A DNA stretch of 64,000 bases from Eledone cirrhosa. Its lineage: Eukaryota. A program made the position numbers and the translations under genes. Below, in pieces: positions 1 through 13,714 of this stretch. Position 1 is the stretch's first letter. The number at the start of each line of letters is the position of its first letter. Below the pieces are notes generated by a model. That model worked only from the letters and a program-made list of their open reading frames with translations. It was not told the origin of the DNA and searched no databases. The stretch is from the NCBI GenBank assembly GCA_964016885.1, contig OZ024740.1, positions 352,594,001 through 352,658,000 of the forward strand. Reading direction: 5' to 3'.

Positions 1-357
1 GTCATCAGGGAGTCTATTCTCAGCTAAGTTCCCAGGCGATGCGCGGACACTAGGAACCCATATAAAAATAATAATTCAGTGGATGGAATAAAGCTAGCGA
101 GGACTAAATTCCAGAGCACTGAAAAAATTCACTGCCTCTGGTCAGTGGCAGATTCTAAAAAATCAGTCACGTGACACTGAGGTTAATCAGTTAAGAGCAG
201 GGTGGTATTATGACTAGAGCCTACTACTACCATGAATCAGCAGTAAATTTTGGCAAGTTTTGCTCAACAAATAATTTGGAGATAAATATAGAGAATTAGT
301 ACATCTACCAACATATGTGTACAGATGTACACCGCCTGGGAACTTAGCTGAGAATAG

Positions 358-439
358 ACTCCCTGATGACGTAAGGAATTCTCTATAGTTATATTATGTA
401 ACTATATTTATCCCCTTACAGAAACTAATTAGTTGGAGT
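358..439 (+). ncRNA. Type I hammerhead ribozyme motif
   Basis: actcc-CTGATGA-c[gtaagg...ccttac]a-GAAAC-taatta-GTT-ggagt; palindromic stem III; C.A mismatch at the base of stem II. Confidence 0.7.
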
Positions 440-892
440 GAAAATTTTAGTAAGTAAGTTGATTTTTAATTTTTAAAATTTTCTTATTTTTCGTCTTTCA
501 TATAATTGTTCTGCACCCCCCTGCATAGAACCACAAAGGTACTAAGACATAACATATATATTTGCTAGCATGGGTGTACATCTGTACACATATGTTGGTA
601 GATGTACTAATTCTCTATATTTATCTCCAAATTATTTGTTGAGCAAAACTTGCCAAAATTTACTGCTGATTCATGGTAGTAGTAGGCTCTTGTCATAATA
701 CCACCCCGCTCCTAACTGATTAACCTCAGTGTCACGTGACTGATTCTTTAGAATCTGCCACTGACCAGAGGCAGTGAATTTTTTCAGTGCTCTGGAATTT
801 AGTCCTCGCTAGCTTTATTCCATCCACTGAATTATTATTTTTATATGTTTTCCTAGTGTCCGCGCATCGCCTGGGAACTTAGCTGAGAATAG

Positions 893-974
893 ACTCCCTG
901 ATGACGTAAGGAATTCTCTATAGTTATATTACGTAACTATATTTATCCCCTTACAGAAACTAATTAGTTGGAGT
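893..974 (+). ncRNA. Type I hammerhead motif (second tandem copy)
   Basis: Same architecture as 358..439. Confidence 0.7.
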
Positions 975-1146
975 GAAAATTTTAGTAAGTAAGTTGATTT
1001 TTAATTTTTTAAATTTTCTTATTTTACGTCTTTCATATAATTGTTCTGCATCCCCCTGCATAGAACCACAAAGGTACTAAGACATAACATATATATTTGC
1101 TAGCATGGGTGTACATCTGTACACATATGTTGGTAGATGTACTAAT

Positions 1147-1180
<34 letters not shown>

Positions 1181-1247
1181 GTGGTAGAACACTGGAAGGT
1201 AATATCCGTAGTGGTAGAGCACTCAGTCCATGGGACGAGTTAGGTAG

Positions 1248-1395
1248 AAGTGGTTACACAACAGTTAGTTCACCATACCGAGAACAATTGTTTCACCTTA
1301 GCGAATCCTCAGCTCGTAATGGTCCATTACGAGCTGAGGACCCGCTAAGGTGAAACAATTGTTCTCGGTATAGTGAACTAACTGTTGTGTAACCA

Positions 1396-1398
<3 letters not shown>
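1248..1398. repeat. 151-bp near-perfect palindrome carrying two back-to-back minimal hammerheads (1279..1316 -, 1330..1367 +)
   Basis: cgag-CTGAGGA-cccgctaaggt-GAAAC-aatt-GTT-ctcg; palindrome centre at 1323. Confidence 0.75.
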
Positions 1399-1475
<77 letters not shown>

Positions 1476-1527
1476 GGCTAATAGATGAGTCATGTTGCTC
1501 TGAAGTTTCACCTGTGCACTCGATATA

Positions 1528-3280
1528 CGGTAGTTCTTTATACGGTAAATTCACAGATACGGTTTTGGGTAATTACTACCATCAATTCTATTTACGGTAA
1601 AAAATTTCACAGATACGGTTTTTGGTCGTGTTTGGTTTATATTGTACCGTAGCGCCACCTGTAGTAAGCAATAAATTCCCCCTTGAATTCGTGGAAACTG
1701 ACAGCTATTCGAATTCTAGGAAAATTGTGTTACTACTGCTATCATACTAACTGACCTTACCGAGAAACTGGCCAATCACGAGCGAGTTCAGATATTGGTC
1801 GATGACGTAATAACTCTTAACTGATCACTTCAGTTCGGCAAACTAGCGTGTCCTCTCAGTGAGAGAATTTTTGCCGAACTGAAGTGATCAGTTAAGAGTT
1901 ATGAAGTCATTCAAAGCAAGAGAAAACCCGACGGCGTGTTTTTGGAGTATAATTATCACGGCATATCTTATAACCCCATATCTCATGACCCCAAAACATC
2001 CTGCGAATATTGCTGATGCAGATGGAAAGGCCAAACGCATGAGGAAGAGCCTGACTTGGGAGATAAAGCTGGACATTTTGAAAAAGAAGGAACAGGGGCA
2101 AGGTACGTCCGCCATAAGTCGTAACTTAGGCCTAGCCCAGTCTACAGTCTGAACTGTTTTAAAAAATAGTGAGGCTGTCAAAAAAGCTGGGGAGAATGCT
2201 ACGAGTCTACAGAGTAAATTGTTAACCAAACATCGTGAGCCGATTATGGATAGGATGGAAAGGTTGCTCAAAATTTGGATCGACGACCAAAATCGTCAAA
2301 ATATGCCTCTGTCTTTGAATGTAATCAGTGAGAAAGCATTGTCAATTATTGACAGGCTCAAGACTGAAATAGGGGTGGAGGACTTTGTATTTAAGGCAAG
2401 CAAAGGCTGGTTTGATAAGTTCAAACGAGTCTTCACAACATAAAAGTTACAGGTGAGGCTGCCATTTCCGACAAAGAGAGTGCTGAAAAATTCAAGGCAG
2501 AGTTAGAGAAATACATTGCAGAGAAGGGGTACAGCAAAAAACAGGTTATTAATTATGATGAAACAGGACTTTATTGGGAAAAGATGACCAGTAATACTTA
2601 TATTGACAAGGAGGAGAAAAGTGCGAAGGGGTTCAAAGCCTCAAAGGACCGCGTTACTCTGTTACTTGGAGAGAATGCAGAAGGAGATTTAAAGCTAAAG
2701 CCACTCATTACCTACCATTCTGAAACTCCAAGAGCACTCAAGGGGTTACTTAAGCAATACCTACCAGTGATATGGAAGTCTAATAAGAAGGCATGGCTGA
2801 TCACTTCAATTCACCAGGATTTTTTCACCTCATATCTGTCACCAACCCTTAAGGAATATACATTAGCTAACAACATTGCCAATCGTTTTCTGCTATTAGT
2901 GGACAACGCCTCCAGCCACCCACGGGCAATGGAAGACTGGTCAGAAAATATTGAGGTTTTGTTTCTCCCCCCAAACACCACAGCTCTCATTCAGCCGATG
3001 GATCAAACAGTCAAACATTTAAGGCATAGTACCAGCGGAGAACCATGCAGCAGCTGATAAAGGGCACAGATGAGCCTGACAAGCCCACGATCAGGGAATA
3101 GTGGAAATTGTACAACATCAAGCACGGCTTAGACAACATCAAAGCACATCTTTGGAAGAAGTGAAGCAGTCTACAATGAACTTGGCCTGGAAGAAATTAT
3201 GGCTAGCATGTGTGAATGACTTCCAAGGCTTTGCTGAGGACATTGTTGCGATAAAAAAAGTTATTGTAAATCTCTGCCAG
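1528..3280 (+). mobile_element. Tigger/pogo DNA transposon, 3'-truncated, disrupted transposase (HTH + CENP-B HTH + DDE_1)
   Basis: TA|CGGTAGT terminus; motifs FKASKGWFDKFK, N.DETGL.W, KDRVTLLLG.NA.GD.KLKP, LL.DNA..HP, FLPPNTT.LIQPMDQ; in-frame stops and frameshifts. Confidence 0.92.
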
Positions 3281-3961
3281 GTAGACATCTTCAGGAGATC
3301 GTGCGTGTGATGCGAAACGCTTTCGATAGGTGACCGTTTTGTTTGACCACCGAAGACAACAGCAATGGTTCACTCTATCTTATTCTTTAGTCTAACATTT
3401 ATGCTTCCTGTTACTATATGACGCCTTTTTTATTTGAAATTTGCTGCAGGATATTTCTCTCCGGTGATATATTCAAAGTTTCGTTTTTCTCGTGATCATC
3501 TACAGTCACTATCTTATATATTCATTGAGTACATGCTCAACCTTTTTTCTTTCGTTATTACAACAGGCTCAATTCATCTGAATTCATAATATTTGCAAAA
3601 GATCCCCGACACTCTCTCTGCATCGATCATTACTTTCTCTCTGTGTGGCCTTTTTCTCATATAAAAGCATTTATTATAACTTTGCCTTTCATCCTTACGG
3701 GGTCGATAAAATAAAGTACCAGTAATGCACTGGGTAATTGCTGGCCTTGTGCCAAACGTTGAAACAATTATTATATCATTAATATTTTACACCTCGATAT
3801 TATTTGTACTCATTGAGCTGGAATATATATGACAATTGTATAATTTATTCATTTGTTATTTGACATAAATATTCATAAAGGTGGTGGATTGAAATTTTTA
3901 TTAATATTCATAAGAAGTGATGTTGCGGAACGATTATGAATATTAATATATAATCAATATA

Positions 3962-4365
3962 CCGTATTTCCTGGCGTCGAAGGCGCTATTTTTTTCCTAA
4001 AATAAGTCTCAAAAATCTACCATGCGTCCTGAAGGCCGGTGGTTTATTTATTTATTTTTTTCAAATTAGGGTGGTGGATTGGCAGTGTCGGTAGAGAGTT
4101 ATACACCATGCTTTGCAGCATAGAGTTGCGGCCATTTACATTCTGAGTTCAAATCCCGCCGAAGTTAACTTTGCCTTTCATCCTTACAGGGTCGATAAAA
4201 TAAAGCTCCACTAATGCACTAGAGTCGATTTAATCGACTTCCCCCTCCTCTCCCTAAATTACTAGCTTTGTACCTATACTAGAAATCATTTTTTTTCAAA
4301 TTTTTGGTTGTCAAAATTAGGGTGCGTCCTCGAGGACGAAGCGTCTTCGGCACCAGGAAATACGG
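3962..4365. mobile_element. pogo/Tigger-type MITE (TA-flanked TIRs) with a SINE inserted inside
   Basis: TA|ccgtatttcctggcgtcgaaggcgct ... agcgtcttcggcaccaggaaatacgg|TA; SINE at about 4068..4290 flanked by duplicated ttttttcaaatt. Confidence 0.8.
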
Positions 4366-4560
4366 TATATTCTTTACGTATAATTATTATTCATAATGGT
4401 GGTTCAGGGATATAAAAACTATTACCTAATATTTTAAGATGAAAATGATTTTTCTATTGACACCTATACTAATTGATATAGGTTCTTCTCTGATAGTCAT
4501 CAGGTGTTGTATTTCAGATTTCTGGATGTATACAATAAACTGGGTTCGAACTTGAAATAT

Positions 4561-4915
4561 ACAGAGTGTTTCGAAAATTTGGTATCATTTAAGATGTAAA
4601 TATCTCAGAAACTACATAGTCTAGGATAATATGACTCAACTGGTTTAATGTTGAGCAATATAAGATTTATTTTTCAGAATTTGAATGAGAAATTCCAAGG
4701 TATGTGGATTCTCTGAACGATTTTCACAAATTTTCAAAATACGCGACACTTGGGATACAGCACACATCAAGTCGGTAGTCCAGTTCTTGCGAAAGACGCT
4801 GTAGCATGTTTTGAGTAATTGTGTATGGTGCAGCAATGATTCCATGCTTCAGTTCCTCTAGTTTTGCAGGAAGAGGGGGGCGCATAGACCTGTTCTTTCA
4901 CATAGACCAGTGAGA
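4561..4915 (-). mobile_element. Tc1/mariner transposase 3' relic with TIR
   Basis: YVKEQVYAPPLPAKLEELK...LDYRLDVC on the minus strand; TA|cagagtgtttcgaaaa terminus. Confidence 0.7.
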
Positions 4916-5329
4916 TGAACAATAAAAAGATAAACCAAGTTATACGTTAGACAGACGATCGATATTTTACCAGATAGGGCAAGTTTTATATCATTTATGC
5001 ACAATTTTACTTTTTGATATACGAACATCAAGTATATATTCAGTACTACTCAATTAATATATTTCTGTAAATTCTGAGTACGTCTAATGCATTAAATAAG
5101 ACACATTAATAAATGTAATCATATTTATATAACCACCTCGAAAAGGTCACAGCTGTTTAATTTTTGTTTGAATAATTTAAATAACTACTACAGCTCAGTA
5201 GGTAATGACTTTTTGTGATGATAATTCCGGTAATGATATTTCTGTTCATTCAATTGTAGCAGATAATAATATAGGTGAAGTCATCTTAGTGTGTGTATAA
5301 ATATTGATTTCTAATTAAGGCACAAGGCC

Positions 5330-6120
5330 AAAGTTGCCTTGTCCAAACGGTTTGGAGGTCTCGGTATACGCAATGCTCGTCTTTGTCTCTACCTTGCTTT
5401 CTTTCCTCAACCCATGCTTGCTCCCCTTTATTGGGTGACATCATATCCTTTCCAACATAGACTAATTCCACCAGAGAGATGGGTGAAGCATGGCTACAGT
5501 GGAGAGAGCTGGGTTTTTCAGTTCCCGTTACTGATGAGGATAGACGGAAGCAGTGAGTATGGGACACTCTGCGTTCGAGCGAAACTTTTAACTCCTTCTT
5601 TAATCATTCTCATCAATTTTCTAGGTTCCGCTTATTTTCTGCAAACGCAAAGTTCTCGGGAGACTGGATTGATTCTCAGTCGGGACGACCTCCATATCTC
5701 AATTGCACTCCGATGTTTGGTACGGCACAGTCAGTGATTCTTTAGCTCCCTCCCACATCTTGGATGCCGCGGTAAATGTGAGGGTCACTGCTTCCATTGC
5801 AAAACGGAATAAATCCGGAAATACCTAGATCTATCTAACAATTAATTTTTCCAGCCTGTGGCGTTCGAGATGTTTGATAGAGTTGGGCCGCTGACAGTGT
5901 AGTTCTTGTCATCGCTGGCGGTTTGCCTTACTGAGGTGTCAGGTGATACCCGTGGGAATCCCTGGTTGTTTCAGCCTTGCCATCACTCGCGGTAATGCTG
6001 CGAGAGTATTGGCTTGTCCCAAAATATTCCATTGACCCTTTTGATGTGCGGTCGATGTCGCACTTGATGGTGAATTGATGGTCGTTTTTGTTTTTGTTTC
6101 CCTTCTTTTTCTTTCTCTCA
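5330..6120 (-). mobile_element. Degenerate retroelement (possibly LINE ORF1) fragment
   Basis: Higher-GC, coding-like but broken; only weak resemblance to the ORF1 region at 53673. Confidence 0.3.
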
Positions 6121-6209
6121 CTTTGATTGTATATTATAGTGTGTTATATTTGTGAGGCTCCTAGCAATAGTTAATTGTATTTATGTGTTTATATTTGTAT
6201 ATGTAACGT

Positions 6210-6617
6210 ATAAGCCGACAAGGCCTTGTCTCCCCTGTTTGCTGAGATCAAAGTAAGTGAATTTGTCACTACTTTAAAACAATAGCTTACGGTCTTCAAA
6301 ATGCTTTTAATTAAGCTACATTATATATACATCCATATATATATTGCTATTTCAGAGCTCCAATTCTAATTTTTAATTTCTGCCTGACCAACAACCGCTC
6401 TGTATAATCAGTTCCTGATTATTTACTAGAATTCTATAAGAATATAACATCAGTGATCTCGGTAGACAGGAGGGAGTAGTTAGCCTTGATAAGCTTCAAT
6501 AAAAGCGAAACAAGGCCTTGTCGGCTTATCTCCCCTGTTTGCTGAGATCAAAGTAAGTGAATTTGTCACTACTTTAAAACAATAGCTTACGGTCTTCAAA
6601 ATGCTTTTAATTAAGCA
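6210..6617 (+). repeat. 300-bp non-coding monomer with about 90-bp terminal redundancy, carrying a hammerhead
   Basis: tcccctgtttgctgagatc...ttaattaagc at 6231 and 6531 (period 300); short inverted 5' piece ataagccgac. Confidence 0.85.
6454..6550 (+). ncRNA. Type I hammerhead with U3-A8 core variant and long extended stem I
   Basis: agcc-TTGATAA-gctt caataa aagc-GAAAC-aaggcctt-GTC-ggct; distal stem tgatctcggtagacag/ctgtttgctgagatca. Confidence 0.8.
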
Positions 6618-6650
6618 CAAAGTGTATTGCAAAATACATTATATACACAT

Positions 6651-6703
<53 letters not shown>

Positions 6704-6726
6704 GGTGATGATGATGATGATGATGA

Positions 6727-6825
<99 letters not shown>

Positions 6826-6863
6826 ATATTAATAAATGGAAACTATATTTATAAAACCATATT

Positions 6864-6929
6864 TATTTTATTATATATATTTCAAGGGCGACCAAGGTAA
6901 ATTATGGTGCGCTTTCATCAGATAAAATA
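6864..6929 (-). ncRNA. Type I hammerhead motif (same family as 16096..16161)
   Basis: tattttat-CTGATGA-stem II-GAAAT-atat-ATA-ataaaata. Confidence 0.75.
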
Positions 6930-8450
6930 CAAATTTGTTTTATAAATAAATATTGACATACCCGGAGACATACCCGGAGACATACCCGGAAAAAAGACAA
7001 CCTCAACGGTTGAAATTCGCTGGTTAGTGGAGATACTTGAAGGTGATACAAATTAGTGAGTGAGTATGCAAATGAGTATCGGAAAAATTGAAAAAAACAA
7101 CGGTTTATTTAAATTAAACTGCTGGAAGAAAATAGATGTAATAGGGAGAGAGACAAGATAGATGTAAAAAGGAGAGAGTCAAAAAATTGAGAGGGAGAGA
7201 GATAAAGAGAATAGATAAAGAGAATAGAAAGAGAAAGAGAGAGATAGAAGAAAAATAGAAAAAGAGAAAAGATATAATATTGAGAAAGAGTGAAGGCAAG
7301 AACAAATAATTGAGATGGAGAGAGAAAGAAAAAAGTATTGTGCGGGAGAGAGAAATGAATGTTGAAAAAATATTGGAAAAAAGAGGGAAAAAAAATAGTG
7401 AGAGGGTGGGAGAGGAAAAAGAAAGAAGGGCGAAGTGAGAGAAGAAATAAATTTATATAGATGAGTAGTCAACAATGTAAACATATTCGTTATGATGTGT
7501 TTATATTACTTATAAAGGTAAAGTTAAAAAATTAAGTTCAATTATTGATACGAAAACTTTACAAAAGAGTATTGTTATAATTTAGTTACAAATTTAACCA
7601 GAAATTTAATTAAAATTTAATTAGAATTTAATTAAAATTTAAATAGTTACAATAAGATATATTACAAAAAGAAGTATTTAAAATTTATTAAGATGTATTA
7701 ATACCATATATGTTTAGATGGGTATTTTATGTTATAGGTTATAAAATATTTGAATGTATAATATTTTGCATTGGAAAAAAAACCAAGTATAGTTTAATTG
7801 ATTAAAGTAAGTTTGGCAAAATTATATTTAGCCAGAGTTTATTAATAGTTGTAAGTCAAATCTTAAACATTTATGAAGATTTACGAGAGTTTAGAAAGGA
7901 AAAATTATTTAATTAGGAGTATATATTAAAACAGTTTACAGTTTCGACTATAAATTAAGACTATAAAGATTGAGATAATAAAAACAATAAGGAGGTTTAA
8001 AGGAAGTTAAAAAGGGATTTTTTTATAACCCAAATGATTCAAGGATAGATAAAAATCACTACGAAAGTTATAAGAAGTTATAAAAATTCATCTTAAAATA
8101 TAATTAAGATATGATTAAAATATAAGACATAATTATTGCACATATATATAAAAATGATTGGATATATATGAAAATACATAAGTATTAAAAATGGTTGGAT
8201 ATATAAGAAAATACATAATTATTAAGCAGATTTAGAATATGTAGGGGTAATGGAAATTCATATCATTCAAAAGAACCTTTCAGAAATTTTACAAAAATTT
8301 CCAGGTGTTTCGAAGGAAATTTTTAGAATTTTTCAAAATATTTTCATAAAAGAATTTCTGGAGAGTGCGATAATATAACTATTGGTTTTAAGGAGTAAAT
8401 TAAAATTAAAATTAATAAGTGTATTTTATATATTTAGGAAGGTTAGAATC

Positions 8451-8496
<46 letters not shown>

Positions 8497-9842
8497 GTGT
8501 ATATATATATATGTATATATATATATAGGATAACAAGGTATCGTTTAAGGTAATCCAGTTAGAGGTTGTGAGTACTCTGTACTGTGGATAGTTTTAACGT
8601 ACGGCGTTGTTTGACACAACAAGAAGTTTCTTTAGTTAGGTGGCGAGTTTATGAGAATACCTATGCAGGTGATTCTTGGAGTAATAATAGTGAAAGAGTA
8701 AAGAATAACATGGTCTGCTGTACAAAAAGGGTTTTATTTGCAGTATTAACAATTGTTTCATTGATCAGGTGAGTCTAAAGGCGGCTAATCACTAGAAATT
8801 GCGTCATTCGACTTTAAATACAGTGTTTGTCTCTGATCAAATCATCAGAATACTGTATTCCGATGATTTGATCAGAGACTCACACTGTATTCTTTTGTAA
8901 GAAAATGATGATTGATTTAAAATCAGTGATATAATTTATGGAGAAAAAATAAAGGGAAAATGTTAAAAAAGTAGAGGCATTAACTAATAATTTTTGTTGT
9001 CATAATTCTAGTGATGTTTTGCCATAGATAAAATGTCTAAATTAGCTAAATTTTACTATAAAAGAGAGGTGCTTTTTTTGTTGATTTACGTTTAATTAAT
9101 AGAAAAACCCCGTGATAATAGAGGTTCCAATATTCAATTATGGGCTTCCAAAATTTTCACTAGAGGGGGTTTAACCCCAATTAGGGTGTCTTAATATTAT
9201 TGAAATTTACTGAAATTTTGTGAATAGCCATCATATCTTGTCATTTACCTATGGTTTAAATTTCATATAAATCGAAGGGAAAATCTTTTCAGCCTGGGTT
9301 TGTGCCACCGGGGAACCCTTTGATTAAAATGAAATATACTTATCCAAGTACCCTGGGCAATATACTTATCCAAGTACCCTCACTCACTCTCTGCTACTCA
9401 CCCTCTCTCTCACTTCCTCCATCGTCCCACACCGTACGAGCTCCTTTTCCTCGCTCACATCCGTAAAGCCAAGATGTGTCTTTACCTTCACGTCAAAATT
9501 CGCCCGTTCTTATGTTCGAAATGAATTATTGACTTGATTTTTTCATTTTTACCTCTCTTTACGTTACCTCACCATTCATGTTTGTTTACATGTCTCTCTT
9601 TCTCCACCCAACCCTTTTTATCCCAATAACTTATTTTAGTTATTGTATCGCCCTAGCTGGAGGTATATTGTCTGTAATGCGAAGAAATACCTATGATGGC
9701 TAGTAGACAACTGATTACGGATATTCCCAACTTCTATTTCTAATTCTTCATTTATTATATATATATATATATATACATATATACATATAGAGCTCTTGTC
9801 GTGTAAAAGCCATTTCTATATTAAATTTTCTTTTCTTACCTC

Positions 9843-10191
<349 letters not shown>

Positions 10192-10252
10192 GATATGTTG
10201 ATTTAAAACTGCACTATCCACAAGAGTGTTTAACCTTCATATCATGTCTTCC

Positions 10253-10323
10253 TATTTTATCTGATGAAAACACAAATGTTATTGCATGATGATATTTGTT
10301 TTTGAAATGCGCATAATAAAATA
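10253..10323 (+). ncRNA. Type I hammerhead motif
   Basis: tattttat-CTGATGA-long stem II-GAAAT-gcgc-ATA-ataaaata. Confidence 0.8.
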
Positions 10324-10351
10324 CATGGAACTCATTTAACCATCTTTTGAT

Positions 10352-10398
<47 letters not shown>

Positions 10399-10487
10399 AA
10401 ATATCTGTATGTACGTATACATACTTATATTTAGGTATCAGCCGTACTAAGAATGAGAAATGAAATTTCGTTTCATTCTTTTCCATT

Positions 10488-10596
<109 letters not shown>

Positions 10597-10597
10597 A

Positions 10598-10698
<101 letters not shown>

Positions 10699-11084
10699 CA
10701 TAATTGAAAAGGATTCAAGCGATCAGTGCAAGAAATCATGTTGGCAAGGTAGCTGATGAGGTGATTACGACACTACATTTCTTTGTTTCCCCTTGGTTTA
10801 TACTTTTCATCCTTACCCCACTGCTTTTTTCTCTTTCGTATTTCTAAAAAAAAAAAAACAAGCAAAATTTTGCTCCATCATTCTTCTCTTCTCTATCTGT
10901 TACTTCTCTCTTTTCTCATCATATGCTTTAGACTCTCTTTCTTTCAATCTCTCCCTCCTCTCTGACCATTCTTCTGATCTTATGAAGTTATATTTTAATC
11001 CGACGTTTGCTATGCTTAATAGCAGCCGACAAAAGACCAAGGTTAACAACTTAAATTCAGCTGACAAAAAAGTTAAATTCATTT

Positions 11085-11520
11085 TTTAATTCCTACGATA
11101 CTGCCAATCCACCGCCCCTGAATAGCATTAATAATTGTTTCTATTTTTGGCACAAGGCCAGCAATTAACCAGTGCATTACTGGTACTTTATTTTATCAAC
11201 CCCGTAAGGATGAAAGGCAAAGTTAACCTCGGCGAGATTTGAACTCAGATCATACAGGGAGGTAACTCTATGCTTCAAAGCATGGCGTCCGACCCTCTAC
11301 CGATACTGCCAATCTACCGCCTTAATAGAATTAATAATTGTTTCTAATTTTAGCACAAGGCCAGCAATAAACCAGTGCATTACTGGTACTTTATTTTATC
11401 AACCCCGTAAGGATGAAAGGCAAAGTTAACCTCGGCGGGATTTGAACTCAGATCATACAGAGAGGTAACTCTATGCTTCAAAGCATGGCGTCCGACCCTC
11501 TACCGATACTGCCATTCCAC
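11085..11520 (-). mobile_element. Tandem tRNA-derived SINEs (about 2 copies plus a fragment)
   Basis: A-box/B-box-like head (gagttcaaatcc) followed by the conserved body ttgcctttcatccttacggggt.gataaaataaagtaccagt. Confidence 0.85.
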
Positions 11521-12206
11521 CAGAATTAATAATGAGTTCAAGATATACTAAGATATTAAGAACTTCCTTTGTATATGGCAATGTCAGAATTCCTTTTATA
11601 GAAAAACCTTAAAGAATTATGCATGTGTACCTTAATTAGAACTCAATCACATAGCATAATGTAATGGTTTATATGTAGTTTATTGTAAAGACATACGAGA
11701 GACTAATGCAACAGGTGTAAATTTATACCCACCAATATTTACATAAGAGCATAATTAATAACCATAAATTAAATTTTTAAAATATACAGCTAAAAATACC
11801 ATTTAAAAATAGATATATTCATTTTACTGTAAAGTCCAAAACTATTAGGTGAGACTATTTCAATGGATGAAATTAATAATCAATTACTATACTACCTTTA
11901 ATATATTACCTTTAAAATAGAGCTAATAAAAATACAAAAACCCTAGCCACTTCAGTACAACCCTTCAGTACAAAAGAATGAAAACTCAATACCGAAATAA
12001 AGTTTAAATATTCATTTATTATGGCTAAGCCTTGTTACTCTGGAGTCTCACCTGCATACTCACCAGACTAGACTGGTGATCCTGTAAGTGCGCAGGTAAA
12101 ACTTTAGAGTATCAAAGCTCACTAATAGCCCACACGCTGGATTACTCGCCTATCCTCACCAGCCTTCTTAAATTTTTTCCCAAATCCAGTTGTTCCAGCC
12201 TTTTAT

Positions 12207-12311
<105 letters not shown>

Positions 12312-12831
12312 AACTCTCCATCTCGAAACCCTCATTTACTTCTAAAGCGTGAAATTAATAAAACTTTGTTTTTTCCTTTTTTGTCTTCTCTATTCTTGAA
12401 CTATACAGACAGACACACACAGACACACACACACATATACACGCGCACACACACACACACACATATATATATGAAAACATTCAGGACCCCGACGGCTGAG
12501 CTCCGGGGTCGCACCACTCTACTAACCCCCCCCCCCCCAGTATCGAGTACTCTAGTGAGTAATGGTCTAACTGGTTTTTACCGCCTCCAATCTGATATAT
12601 ATATATTTAATCATATCTCATTTTGTTTGACCCGTTTAGCTTGTTCGCTTTTTTGGCTATGGTGGTTAATGGCTTCTTAACCTTCGTCTCAGCGTGTATG
12701 GCCATTTTAACTTATGTTTATAGCTCTGGTATCTTCTTCTTCATATCCATGGAGCGTTTGTCTGCACAATATGGAAGTTGCGTTTCGCTAATTTCTACCC
12801 GCCGGAATGCGATTCTCGCTAAATTTATATT

Positions 12832-12953
<122 letters not shown>

Positions 12954-13714
12954 GAGAGACAGAGAGAGAAGGAGAGAGAGGGATAGAGAGAGTAGAGAGG
13001 GAGACATGCATTTATTCCAAATTAAAATCACCTTGATTTAAAGGGGAATTAGAGCATTGAAGTTTATACGTATAACTGAAATTTGACAAAAATAAATGAC
13101 AAAATAACATCTATTTAATAATAAAATAAAATATTGATACGTTATATTAATTTAATTCTTTTAATTTACAAAGACAATTATTATCAATCATATAGTTGGA
13201 AGTTTGACGTATATACTTAAATTTTGACTAAGAAATTGATTGAGAATCAAATACTATATATAACCATATCTATATACATTTCAGCTCTCTGCGCTGTGAG
13301 TTCGAATCTCGCCAAGGTAAACTTTCTTTCTACCTTTCGAGGTAGATATAAAAAAAATCCCAGTCTCGTACTGGGAACAACTCTTCCTTTATATTTCTCT
13401 CCCAATTCTCTCTTCTGTCACACCTTTTTTTGAAGAAATCAGCAGTGTTCAGACCTGGAGCGGTGATGGGCTCTGCCATGTTTAAAAAATACCCAGGACA
13501 CACTACATGTCACTACGGAGTCCCTAGAACCCCACCAGGGGTTACGGGTTAAGAAAGATAGATTTCAAGAATTTATGGCATATATTTTTCTAAACTAAGG
13601 AATATGTCAAGTCTTTATGCTAACTATTAAGTAAATAATATTTGAAAGTGTTTTTGGACTAACATAAATATAATTAAAGTCTAATAAATCAAAATATACT
13701 CCATAGATTCAAAA

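Larger units (their letters stand above)
1..1153. repeat. 535-bp tandem repeat (about 1.5 units, 333..1153) preceded by an inverted copy (1..333 = reverse complement of 573..905); Penelope pLTR/retrozyme-like
   Basis: CTGATGA at 363 and 898, GAAAC at 421 and 956 (period 535); copies near-identical. Confidence 0.9.

Noticed and set aside
4425-4500. ATG...gtaat exon-like segment on the minus strand (second transporter paralogue?)
   Set aside because: Stop codons occur before the donor and there is no recognisable homology
8817-8891. Palindrome with CTGATGA on the minus strand
   Set aside because: GAAA is missing (gacaaac) and there is no proper stem I; at best a dead hammerhead
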